Position numbers and translations under genes: made by a program. From positions 54,713-74,712 of IMG/VR virus record IMGVR_UViG_3300012271_000008: a stretch of 20,000 nucleotides of DNA; one strand, given 5' to 3'. Source of the stretch: an uncultured virus (IMG/VR IMGVR_UViG_3300012271_000008). Taxonomy: Duplodnaviria > Heunggongvirae > Uroviricota > Caudoviricetes. The notes beneath the pieces are model-generated. The model ran no database searches and was not told the origin of the DNA. It worked only from the letters and a program-made list of their open reading frames with translations. Each line of letters starts with the position of its first letter. The first letter of the stretch is position 1. Shown here piece after piece: positions 7,946-16,322 of the stretch.

Positions 7946-8097
7946 AAAAATATAAATTAATAAAAAAATATCCTGGAAGTCCTCCAATTAATACTATTAT
8001 AGAAAATCATAAAGGTACTAATATGTATTTTTATAATAGATTACTAATTCAAACTCCTAATAAATATTCAGAATTTTGGGAAGAAATAATTGAAAAA
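7639..8097 (+). repeat. identical 28-bp direct repeat (7639-7666 and 8070-8097); also a 24-bp repeat at 7505 and 7942
   Basis: AGAATTTTGGGAAGAAATAATTGAAAAA occurs twice; ATGAAAAAATATAAATTAATAAAA occurs twice. Confidence 0.85.
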
Positions 8098-8706
8098 GAT
8101 TATGAAATATTAGCTTATTATTGTCCAACAAGAAATAATAATAATGTATTTCATAAATATGATTCTAAAAGTGATGGTAAAAAATGGGGGTGTACAACTT
8201 CTGTAACTCATGTATTTATACCTTCTGAAAATTATAATACAATTCATTCAGTTAAAAGATTGTCTGATGGTCAAATATTTACTACAGGTGATGATATAAA
8301 ATCATGTAATGATGTAAATTATGTTATTCAAGGTTTTTTTATAGAAGATAAATCTAATGAAATACAAATAAGAGTTTGTAACTCTTTTGGTAGTTTAAGT
8401 TTAAATTTAGTAGAAAATATCACACAACCAATATTAGTAACACAAGATGGTTATGATATATTTGATGGAGATATTTTTCATTACACTAATCTTATTGATT
8501 TTACTAAAACATTAAATGTAAGATCCAATAAAAATCATATACCTAATCCTGAAAATATTAAATTTAAAAAAGTAGAAGCATTAAATTGTTGGATTAAAAT
8601 TAATAAACCTACAGTAAGTATTAAACAATTATATGATTTAATAACTTTTAGACGTCACGAAGATATTGTTGAAAATTTAGAAACATTAATACGCACACTT
8701 AAATAA
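7942..8706 (+). CDS. hypothetical protein of the MKKYKLIKxYPGSP family, paralog 2, with an internal insertion of about 105 aa
   Basis: Same motifs as 7505..7945, with an extra central region containing IHSVKRLSDGQIFTTGD. Confidence 0.8.
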   Translation: MKKYKLIKKYPGSPPINTIIENHKGTNMYFYNRLLIQTPNKYSEFWEEIIEKDYEILAYYCPTRNNNNVFHKYDSKSDGKKWGCTTSVTHVFIPSENYNTIHSVKRLSDGQIFTTGDDIKSCNDVNYVIQGFFIEDKSNEIQIRVCNSFGSLSLNLVENITQPILVTQDGYDIFDGDIFHYTNLIDFTKTLNVRSNKNHIPNPENIKFKKVEALNCWIKINKPTVSIKQLYDLITFRRHEDIVENLETLIRTLK

Positions 8707-8709
8707 ATA

Positions 8710-9126
8710 ATGGATAAAATATACTGTAAAATAGAAAAACAAATGTATGCTACTGAATTTCTTAGATTAGGATTCACAGCTACTAGAAATAGTATTCCAG
8801 GTAAATTTGTAGAAACTTTTCACGATGAAGAATGTTCTGTGACACAGTGTAAAGTAGCAAGAAGAACCTTTCAAGATTTATATGCTATAATTAAAACTTA
8901 TTACCCTAAATATACTAAAAAAAATGTTGCAAATATGTTAAAAACTTTACATAAAAGTGATAATATATTTCCCATATGGTGTCATGCTCAAGATAAAATA
9001 GTTTTTATAAAGCAAAAACCTAGAGGTGAAAATTTATTAATAACTCATTACATTCAAAATGAAAGTTGGACAGCAACAGGTAATGGTAATTATTCTTGGA
9101 AGAATATTAACAACTTAATGATTTAA
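8710..9126 (+). CDS. hypothetical protein, related to the N-terminal domain of 10188..11144
   Basis: ETF..QC...RRTFQDL..IIKTYY...C..DKIVF vs ETY..QC...NRSFNDI..LVNNYF...C..SQIAF. Confidence 0.75.
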   Translation: MDKIYCKIEKQMYATEFLRLGFTATRNSIPGKFVETFHDEECSVTQCKVARRTFQDLYAIIKTYYPKYTKKNVANMLKTLHKSDNIFPIWCHAQDKIVFIKQKPRGENLLITHYIQNESWTATGNGNYSWKNINNLMI

Positions 9127-9130
9127 AAAA

Positions 9131-9592
9131 ATGTTTGGAACATATAGAATAACACGAGAAATTGACGAAAAAATTTATTATTATAATCAAAGTGAAAACC
9201 AATACGCTGTTTATAATAATAAAGGAGAACCTTTATTTAGTTTTAGTATAGCTCCTTTTAGTAGTTGTAGTAGTTTAATAATTAACAATCTTTATGCAAA
9301 TAAAAATTTAATATCAAATGTAACATTAAAAGAATTATTTTTTTCTATGTTTCAGCATGGTATGATTATAATTTTTCAAAATGCAAGTAAACCTAATTAT
9401 AATACATTATTAAGTTTAGATTTTATAGATTATTGTAGACTTCCAGGAAAATATATAAACAGCAGTCCTGATGCTCTTGATTCAGTTGAAAAAGACAATT
9501 GTTTAAGTATGATGGTTTTAACAAAAAAATCTTTAGAAAAAAGTTCAAAAACTAGCATAGAAATGCTAACAAAATTAAAAACAAAAAAATAA
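9131..9592 (+). CDS. hypothetical protein (153 aa)
   Basis: Tightly packed ORF with TAATG coupling. Confidence 0.7.
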   Translation: MFGTYRITREIDEKIYYYNQSENQYAVYNNKGEPLFSFSIAPFSSCSSLIINNLYANKNLISNVTLKELFFSMFQHGMIIIFQNASKPNYNTLLSLDFIDYCRLPGKYINSSPDALDSVEKDNCLSMMVLTKKSLEKSSKTSIEMLTKLKTKK

Positions 9593-10191
9593 TGATAAAA
9601 ATTATCTGTAAAGAAGTAAAAAACTTTAAATTGACTATTGATAAAGAATATGAATCAATTGAAGAAAATGAAACTAAATATATTTTAAGAAATGATACTG
9701 GAGCAAAAGTACAATATTCTAAAAAATTATTTAATGTAAAAAGAGAAGAACCTGTAGTTGAAGCACCTTTAACTTTAGAAGAAGAACTTGAAGAAATATC
9801 TGTAGATTTAAGTATGAATGAGGATGAATGTTATGTAAGCATAAATGGTGAAACACGAACTTTAAATTATTATGAATCTGTTATGAGTTGTGGTATTTCA
9901 GAAACTAATGGAATAAATTTTATAATAGCAAAAATAGATAATTCACATTTTAATTATAAAAAGCAAATATTGCATTATATTTTTAAAGAAATGGCTGATT
10001 CTGACCGAAAAAACATATTATTAGTAAGTATGAATATTAATAATTATTCTTATACAGATTATTTCGTTGAATTAATGAATAATTTTTCATTAAATCAAAC
10101 AGAAGCAATTAATCCAAATTCAGGAAATACAATAAAGTTATTTGTACTTGATTATGCAAAATTAAGAGAATCTAATATTGAACAATTATGA
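9592..10191 (+). CDS. hypothetical protein (199 aa) with SCG and NPNSGNxI motifs
   Basis: Tightly packed ORF with ATGA coupling. Confidence 0.75.
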   Translation: MIKIICKEVKNFKLTIDKEYESIEENETKYILRNDTGAKVQYSKKLFNVKREEPVVEAPLTLEEELEEISVDLSMNEDECYVSINGETRTLNYYESVMSCGISETNGINFIIAKIDNSHFNYKKQILHYIFKEMADSDRKNILLVSMNINNYSYTDYFVELMNNFSLNQTEAINPNSGNTIKLFVLDYAKLRESNIEQL

Positions 10192-11144
10192 AATTATACT
10201 GTAACGAAGAATTAAACACAAGTAACGTGTACGCATTTTTAGAAGATTATTTTTTTAAACAAACTCCAGAAACTTATAAAGTAGAAAATGATGGTTTACA
10301 GTGTGGAGCTAATAAAAATAGAAGTTTTAATGACATAAAATCTTTAGTTAATAATTATTTTGAAAATGTAACAGATTCAGAATTAGCTTTAGCATTATTA
10401 ACTTTATGTAATGAACCTAATTGTTTAAGATTTGTAACTTGTCCAGAAATAAGTCAAATAGCTTTTTTCCATTGTAAATATAAATTACATGGTTGGGTTA
10501 GTATGATGTATAAGGATAGTAATTTAAGTTCTAGCTTAGGAGATTTTAAAGGATATGATTTAGAAGTATTAGAAAAATTAGCAGGTATTAAACTAAAAAG
10601 AGTATACTTTGAAAATCCAAATTATTATGGAAGAGAAGAATTACCTGTAAGTAATATAAAAGATGATTTTTCATTAGATAATATTATAAATAAAAGATCT
10701 ACTTCTAAAGATAAAGTTTCTGAAGCTGAAAAAGTTAAAATACCTCATTTACTTGACACAATTAAACAAGATCAAGCGAATGAAGCAATAGATGAATGTT
10801 TTCCTAAACCAATACCTTCAATTGAAGATGAAGAAGTAGAATCAGAAGAAAATCTTGTTAAACTTCCTTATGAAGAACCTGATTTTTCTGAAATGCCTAG
10901 AACTGCTGTTGGTTCAGCAAGAGCAGGAAGAAAGCATTCAAGAAATTGGGCTGGGTATATTAATGAACATGAAAAATTAAATAGACAATTTCGACAACAA
11001 GCTGCTAATCTTTATAACAATATGCCAAAACCAGAAGACAGGCCAATGAATAATAGTTTTAATGGAAAAATGGATAGTACTGATTATGCAGTGCAACCAA
11101 ATTCACATAGTAATAGTTTTCCAGTAGAACCTTTAAAAGAATAA
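10188..11144 (+). CDS. hypothetical protein: N-terminal QC/RSF domain plus a low-complexity acidic/polar C-terminal region
   Basis: 318-aa ORF; the frame stays open for 25 more codons after the TAA, to 11222. Confidence 0.75.
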   Translation: MKLYCNEELNTSNVYAFLEDYFFKQTPETYKVENDGLQCGANKNRSFNDIKSLVNNYFENVTDSELALALLTLCNEPNCLRFVTCPEISQIAFFHCKYKLHGWVSMMYKDSNLSSSLGDFKGYDLEVLEKLAGIKLKRVYFENPNYYGREELPVSNIKDDFSLDNIINKRSTSKDKVSEAEKVKIPHLLDTIKQDQANEAIDECFPKPIPSIEDEEVESEENLVKLPYEEPDFSEMPRTAVGSARAGRKHSRNWAGYINEHEKLNRQFRQQAANLYNNMPKPEDRPMNNSFNGKMDSTDYAVQPNSHSNSFPVEPLKE

Positions 11145-11244
11145 TTAAATAAAGTTTCTAATAAAGCATCAATTATTAGTATAGATGATTTAAAAGGATT
11201 GAATCCTAATATACCATTTTAATAAATAAATAAATAAAAATAAA

Positions 11245-11715
11245 TTGAATAAAACTGATGATACAATAAAATTGTTACAATCCATAGGGATTATGAAACA
11301 ATTAGTAAACAGAGGATTTATTCACAACGAAACAGAATTAAATTTTACAAACCAAGCATTACAAAAAATAAAACAAGCACCGAAAAAACAAGATAACGTT
11401 TTAGAGTGGATAAATGATTATAGGGAGATATTCCCTAAAGGAATAAGATCTGGTGGAATGCCAGTTCGAGGTGATAAGCAATCTTGTCTTAAAAAGATGA
11501 GAAAATTTATAATAGAATACCCAGAATATGAAACTGATTTAATAATAAAAGCAACTAAAAACTATGTAGAAAATAAAGCAAGATCACAGTATGCTTTTAT
11601 ACAAACCGCACATTATTTTATTTATAAGAATAATATGTCAACATTAGCTAGTGAATGTGAAAACATTTTAGAGAATAATGAAGATACATTAGACGACTTT
11701 GAAGTAGGAATGTAA
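11245..11715 (+). CDS. putative replication-associated protein (possible helicase loader or initiator)
   Basis: TTG start after an A-rich tract, TAATG-coupled to the helicase, acidic C-terminal tail; function inferred from position only. Confidence 0.55.
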   Translation: MNKTDDTIKLLQSIGIMKQLVNRGFIHNETELNFTNQALQKIKQAPKKQDNVLEWINDYREIFPKGIRSGGMPVRGDKQSCLKKMRKFIIEYPEYETDLIIKATKNYVENKARSQYAFIQTAHYFIYKNNMSTLASECENILENNEDTLDDFEVGM

Positions 11716-12800
11716 TGTTTGATAATACTTTTGAAAAAATAAAAAGTAATTGGGATAATTTTAAAAAAGGTTTAGTTAATACTATTCCATTTGAGAATTT
11801 TCCAACTTTAAACAAACATATACCAGGAATAATTAAAGGAGTTTATTATATAGTTACTGCAAGTAGTGGTGTTGGTAAAACACAATTAACCAAATCATTA
11901 TTTGTATTAGAACCTTATAAATATATAAAAAAATATAGCGATAAAAATTTAAAACTTAAAATACTTTATTTTGCTTTAGAGGAATCTAAAGAAGAATTTA
12001 CTTTAGGTTTAATATCAAATAGATTGAAAGTAAAACATAATCTTTCATACAGTGTTTTAGATTTACAAACCTATACTAATAAAGTTATTAGTCAAGATGT
12101 ATTAAATAAAATATATGAATGTAGAGAATACTTTCAAGATCTAGAAAAATATTTAGTAGTGGAAGATAGTATATCTAATCCAACAGGTATTTATAAATAT
12201 GTAAGAGACTATTCTGAAAAGAATGGAACTCATCATTACAAAACTTTAAATATACAAGGAAAAGATGAAAAGATATATTCTCATTATACACCTAATGATT
12301 TAAATGAATTTGTAATAGTAATTACAGATCATATTAGTCTTCTTCAAGAAGAAAAAGATGGAGTAACAGGTCAAATGATGAATAAACATCAAACTATAAC
12401 TAAGTGGTCAGCAGATTACTCTAGAAAACAAATTACTAAACATTTTAAATACGCTGTAGTAAATGTACAGCAGCAATCTGCAGATAAAGAAAAAATGCAG
12501 TTTACTAATCAAGGACAAAGTATTGAATCTAAGTTAGAACCAAGTTTAGATGGTCTAGCAGATAACAAATTAACACAACGTGACGCTTTAGTAGTGTTAG
12601 GTTTGTTTGCCCCTGATCGTTATGAAATAAGAAAACACTTAGGACATGACATAGTAAAATTAAAGGACAACTATAGATGTTTAAAAATATTAAAAAACAG
12701 ATTAGGTCGTCCAAACTTAAAAAAGGGTCTATACTTTGATGGTGAAACAAACACTTTTAAAGAATTAGACTCACCCAGTAATATAGAGGAGAAGGATTAG
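11715..12800 (+). CDS. DnaB-like (SF4) replicative helicase
   Basis: Walker A TASSGVGKT, H1a YFALEE, Walker B VITDHISLL, H3 VQQQ, Arg-finger KNRLG. Confidence 0.88.
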   Translation: MFDNTFEKIKSNWDNFKKGLVNTIPFENFPTLNKHIPGIIKGVYYIVTASSGVGKTQLTKSLFVLEPYKYIKKYSDKNLKLKILYFALEESKEEFTLGLISNRLKVKHNLSYSVLDLQTYTNKVISQDVLNKIYECREYFQDLEKYLVVEDSISNPTGIYKYVRDYSEKNGTHHYKTLNIQGKDEKIYSHYTPNDLNEFVIVITDHISLLQEEKDGVTGQMMNKHQTITKWSADYSRKQITKHFKYAVVNVQQQSADKEKMQFTNQGQSIESKLEPSLDGLADNKLTQRDALVVLGLFAPDRYEIRKHLGHDIVKLKDNYRCLKILKNRLGRPNLKKGLYFDGETNTFKELDSPSNIEEKD

Positions 12801-14295
12801 ATGAAGAAGGAAATAATTACTAAAGAGGAGAATAGCGAAGTTGAAGTTTTTTTGCAGAAACTTATTGATTCAAAAAAATTACCAACACACGTTAAGACAG
12901 TATCAGATGCGTTTGCAATTAAGCAAATGGGAGAAGAGTTAGGTTTTGCAACAATGCAAAGCTTTCACTATATAATTCCAATACAAGGTAAACTTAGTTT
13001 ATCAGCTAAAGCAACAGGAGCACTGTTACGAAAGGGAGGAATACAATTTCAAACTGTAGAAGATGGAGTATACGTTTATGAAGACGGAACTGTATCTGAA
13101 TACAAAGACTCTACAAAAAAGCCTATTGACATTAGAACAAAAATTCGTTTTGTTCGTGGAGATATGGAAGAATTTACCACATTCAGTTGGAAAGATGCAG
13201 AAGGCATGGGACTAACTGGAAAAGACAATTGGAAGAAAATGCCTAAAATTTGGGCAGGATAAATTGGATAAATTGTCTGGAAAGCTAAGTAAAATATTAA
13301 AAAGAAAGCATTGGTGTGTTAGATTCCACCGCAGAGGGTCAATACCTAATTAATCAAATGGTAGTGTGAGTACACTTTCTTTTTATATTTTATAAGCCAA
13401 TCAGCAGCCAAGGTTAGAGCTAAAAGTTCTTTCAAGGTTCAACGACTAGGTATTGAAACTGCAGTCCGCAGAATATAATATACCCACGAAAATCCAAAAT
13501 AAATTTGTTTATATCATTTAATTGCCGTACCTTTGTAGTATGGAAAAATTTAAAAAATTAAAGGGGTATGAAGGTTGCTATGAAATTAGCAACTTAGGAC
13601 GTGTCAAAAGTTTAAAAAGAAAAGGGGTACCAAAAGATATATTTAAATCTACATGTACAAACCCTAATCATGGATACATTGACATACAGTTAAGACTAAA
13701 TAATAAAGTGTCTACAAAAAAGCTACATAGATTAGTAGCTCAAACATTTTTAAAAAATCCATTAGATTTACCAGTTGTAAATCATAAAGATGGTAATAAA
13801 ATTAATAATGTGTTAGATAATTTAGAATGGTGTACACATAAAGAAAATATTTTACATGCTCATAAAATGGGTTTAACTAATATGTGCAGAGGTAATAATC
13901 ATCACAATATTAAAATTAAAGTAGAAGATTTATGTAAAGTTTTTAATATGAAAAAAGAAGGATTTAAAAATTATGAGATTGCTAAAATCTTTGATGTTAA
14001 TCCAGCTACCATATCAAAAATTCTTAAAGGAAAACGTCAAACAAATTTATTATGATATAGTCTGACCTATATGGAAACATATAGAAGTAGAGGATAAAGA
14101 GCCTTTACGTTAACAAAAGTGAAATTTATGTTATGGGCTCGTTGCTTATCAGCAGGAGCTAACAGAATTGGTGCAGATCTTTTATTGGGTCTTTATACCA
14201 CAGAAGAATTATTTGACCATATGGTTGAAGGTTCTACTGAGGTAAACCGTAATGAAGAAGGAGAAATTATTGAAATTGTTGAAGAAAAAAAGTAA
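12801..14295 (+). CDS. RecT/Red-beta-like single-strand annealing protein, spliced: join(12801..13244,14122..14295), 205 aa
   Basis: Removing the intron gives in-frame ...GKDNWKKMP|KFMLWARCLSAGANRIGADLLLGLYTTEEL..., matching the W-x2-x-P-x2-ML-x2-R...G(L/M)Y-x2-EE C-terminal signature of RecT-family proteins. Confidence 0.8.
13504..13535 (+). promoter_or_regulatory. Bacteroidota housekeeping-sigma promoter (-33 TTTG, -7 TAnnTTTG) inside the intron
   Basis: TTTG (13504-13507), 20-nt spacer, TACCTTTG (13528-13535), 4 nt before ATG 13540. Confidence 0.7.
13540..14055 (+). CDS. NUMOD4-HNH homing endonuclease with C-terminal HTH (171 aa; start revised to ATG 13540)
   Basis: NUMOD4 KGYEGCYEISNLGRVKS; HRLVAQTF..VNHKDGNKINN..NLEWCT..EN..HA; C-terminal EIAKIFDVNPATISKI. 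Confidence 0.92.
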   Translation: MEKFKKLKGYEGCYEISNLGRVKSLKRKGVPKDIFKSTCTNPNHGYIDIQLRLNNKVSTKKLHRLVAQTFLKNPLDLPVVNHKDGNKINNVLDNLEWCTHKENILHAHKMGLTNMCRGNNHHNIKIKVEDLCKVFNMKKEGFKNYEIAKIFDVNPATISKILKGKRQTNLL

Positions 14296-14313
14296 TATAG
14301 AAGAGATAGAATT

Positions 14314-15012
14314 ATGAATTGGGAAAATATAAAAACAAAAAATGAAAAAGGAGGCTTATACACAGGTGTAAGTAATTTTAAGATAGATGCAGTTAATCCT
14401 ACAAAAGAGGAGTTATCTGAAATATTAGGTATGACTTTAGAAAATGAATTAACATATGAAAATAGAATAGACATAAGACTATCTAATGACGATGTTAATA
14501 CAAAAACTTCATTTTGGTTAAAAGATGAAGAAGTTAAAACTGATAAAGATGGTGGCAAATTTATGTATATTAATGGCTTAGGCCAAACTACATGGGGACC
14601 AGATGTGGATTCATTACCAGACTGGTATGATAGAAAAGATGTTAGAATTGCTCGTAAGGGTGAAGCAGATATTTATTCTTTTATGATTGGTTGGTTGAAT
14701 CCTGACCTAAGAGATGGTGAACTAGTATTACCTTTTGAAGAGCTTTGTAATGGAGATGTAAGTTCTCTTAAAGGTGCAATAGAGCACTTTAGCGACAGAG
14801 AAGTAAAAGGTGTTCTAGGAGTAAAGAATGGTAAGTATATGGAAGTTTCACCTAGAAACTTTGGTCATGCTAATTTAGACAATATGAAGCGATTTGAAAG
14901 ACTTGTGGAAAATTGGAGAAATGTACATTCTACTGTAGAATATGGTAAATATGAAGCTCCAAAAGAGCCTAGTATGTTAGATTCTGGTGAATCTGATGAT
15001 TTACCTTTTTAA
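14314..15012 (+). CDS. putative single-stranded DNA-binding protein
   Basis: Acidic C-terminal tail ending ESDDLPF, located between the annealing protein and primase; fold not verified. Confidence 0.55.
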   Translation: MNWENIKTKNEKGGLYTGVSNFKIDAVNPTKEELSEILGMTLENELTYENRIDIRLSNDDVNTKTSFWLKDEEVKTDKDGGKFMYINGLGQTTWGPDVDSLPDWYDRKDVRIARKGEADIYSFMIGWLNPDLRDGELVLPFEELCNGDVSSLKGAIEHFSDREVKGVLGVKNGKYMEVSPRNFGHANLDNMKRFERLVENWRNVHSTVEYGKYEAPKEPSMLDSGESDDLPF

Positions 15013-15026
15013 GTAAACAATAATAT

Positions 15027-15055
15027 AAGGGGTCTAATAGGCCCCTTTTTATTTT
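15027..15055 (+). terminator. intrinsic terminator
   Basis: AAGGGGTCT-AAT-AGGCCCCTT stem-loop followed by TTTATTTT. Confidence 0.75.
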
Positions 15056-15061
15056 ATAAAT

Positions 15062-15370
15062 ATGAAATTACATAAAACAAGAGAAGGAAATTTAATTAAA
15101 TTATGTGATTTAAGTGACAATCATTTAAATAATATAATTAATTTAATAAAAAAAAGAGCTAAAAAGGGTGTAACTTTAAAATATGGGGGAGGAGAAAATG
15201 ATGACTCTATGTATTATGATGAAGAAGAATTATCTTATGAAAATAGTTTACTTTTTTTAGATTATTTTGCTTATAAAAAAGAACTTATAAAAAGAAAAAT
15301 AAAAAATGAAAACATTGATACTGAACAAAATCTCACAGGAAGATATAATGGAACGGTATTTTCCAGGTAA
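15062..15370 (+). CDS. hypothetical phage protein (T-x-x-G...L-S-D-x-H-L-x-N motif)
   Basis: HKTREGNLIKLCDLSDNHLNNII resembles a small phage protein motif; overlaps the primase start. Confidence 0.65.
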   Translation: MKLHKTREGNLIKLCDLSDNHLNNIINLIKKRAKKGVTLKYGGGENDDSMYYDEEELSYENSLLFLDYFAYKKELIKRKIKNENIDTEQNLTGRYNGTVFSR

Positions 15371-16322
15371 AATTTCTTTTAACACTAATTGTAAAAATCC
15401 TTGGAGAAATGACACTAATGGTAGAGCTTATTTTGATTATAACAATGGAAATTTAATATTTATTGATTGGGCGTCTGAAAAAACACATATGGATTGTTTT
15501 TATGTAGCACAAAAAGCATTAGAATTGGATTCATTTAAAGATGTTTGCAATACTATAGCAAAAGATTTTAATTTAGGCTTACACAGACCTAAATCTTTAG
15601 ATGATTATAGTACAATTAAAAAACACAGTTTTGTATCAAAAAAACCAAGAATGACACAAGAAATTAAAAAAAATGAAATAGGTAAAGCAAGAATAGCAAT
15701 AGTAACTCAAAAATTCAATGAAATAGATTTAAGATATTGGTTTCAATACCATATAACTTTACCTACTTTAATTAAATTTAGAGTAAGAGCTTGTCACAGA
15801 GCTTGGATAAGAGGTGATTTTTATTATGAATATAAACAACATGATCCAATGTATGTTTATGCAGAAAAACAAGAAGATTTTAAATTGTATAGACCTAGAG
15901 CTGCAAAGTTTTTTAAATGGAGATCTAATATGGTAGGAGGTATTTTAGAATGTTGGGAACAACTCCCAGAAAAAGGTGAAATACTTATTTTAACTAAAAG
16001 TAGAAAAGATGTAATGACATTACATGAATGTGGTTATAGTTCAGTAGCTTGTAAATCAGAAAGTAGTTTAGTATCTAATAATGCTATAAATTTGTTAAAA
16101 AAGAGATTTAAACATATTATAGTATTTTATGACAATGATGAAGCTGGTAAAATTTATTCTACAAAAATAAAAGAAGAATATGATTTAACTTCAATTGAAT
16201 TACCACAAAATAAATCAGGAGATTTACCAAAAGACCCTTCAGATTTTATACAAGTTTACGGAAAAAAAAGTTTAATAAAATTTTTACATGAAAACATTAG
16301 CAGAAATATACGACAAGGATAA
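15306..16322 (+). CDS. DNA primase (TOPRIM) with a degenerate N-terminal zinc-binding region
   Basis: ILILTKSRKDVMTL, FYDNDEAG (DxD) and PKDPSD; N-terminal NPWRND..FIDW resembles CHC2 region lacking most Cys. Confidence 0.82.
   Translation: MKTLILNKISQEDIMERYFPGKISFNTNCKNPWRNDTNGRAYFDYNNGNLIFIDWASEKTHMDCFYVAQKALELDSFKDVCNTIAKDFNLGLHRPKSLDDYSTIKKHSFVSKKPRMTQEIKKNEIGKARIAIVTQKFNEIDLRYWFQYHITLPTLIKFRVRACHRAWIRGDFYYEYKQHDPMYVYAEKQEDFKLYRPRAAKFFKWRSNMVGGILECWEQLPEKGEILILTKSRKDVMTLHECGYSSVACKSESSLVSNNAINLLKKRFKHIIVFYDNDEAGKIYSTKIKEEYDLTSIELPQNKSGDLPKDPSDFIQVYGKKSLIKFLHENISRNIRQG

Larger units (their letters stand above)
13245..14121 (+). mobile_element. group I self-splicing intron (IA-like, 877 nt) with a homing endonuclease in P8
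   Basis: P1 TGCCTAA/TTGGGCA with U.G wobble at T13244. P AAATTGTCTGGAAA; Q AATCAGCAGC; R GTTCAACGACTA; S GATATAGTCT. P3 TTGGAT/ATCCAA; P7 GACTA/TAGTC; perfect 13-bp P8 (13498-13510/14039-14051). P9 CTATATG-GAAA-CATATAG; terminal G14121. Confidence 0.92.

Noticed and set aside
7505..8097. CRISPR array or diversity-generating retroelement TR/VR pair
   Set aside because: Only two copies of each repeat, in frame within paralogous genes; no spacer periodicity, no adenine-specific mismatch pattern, and no reverse transcriptase in the window
12529..12750. Minus-strand 73-aa ORF
   Set aside because: Antisense shadow inside the helicase gene; all supported genes are on the + strand
12801..13262. 153-aa ORF as a complete gene ending KIWAG
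   Set aside because: The last five codons are intron P1 sequence; the real C-terminus is exon 2 at 14122-14295
13522..13539. TTG start for the HNH gene
   Set aside because: It overlaps the predicted -7 promoter element; the NUMOD4 domain begins naturally at ATG 13540
14193..14558. Minus-strand 121-aa ORF
   Set aside because: Antisense to exon 2 of the RecT-like gene and the SSB-like gene; Ser/Phe-rich shadow composition
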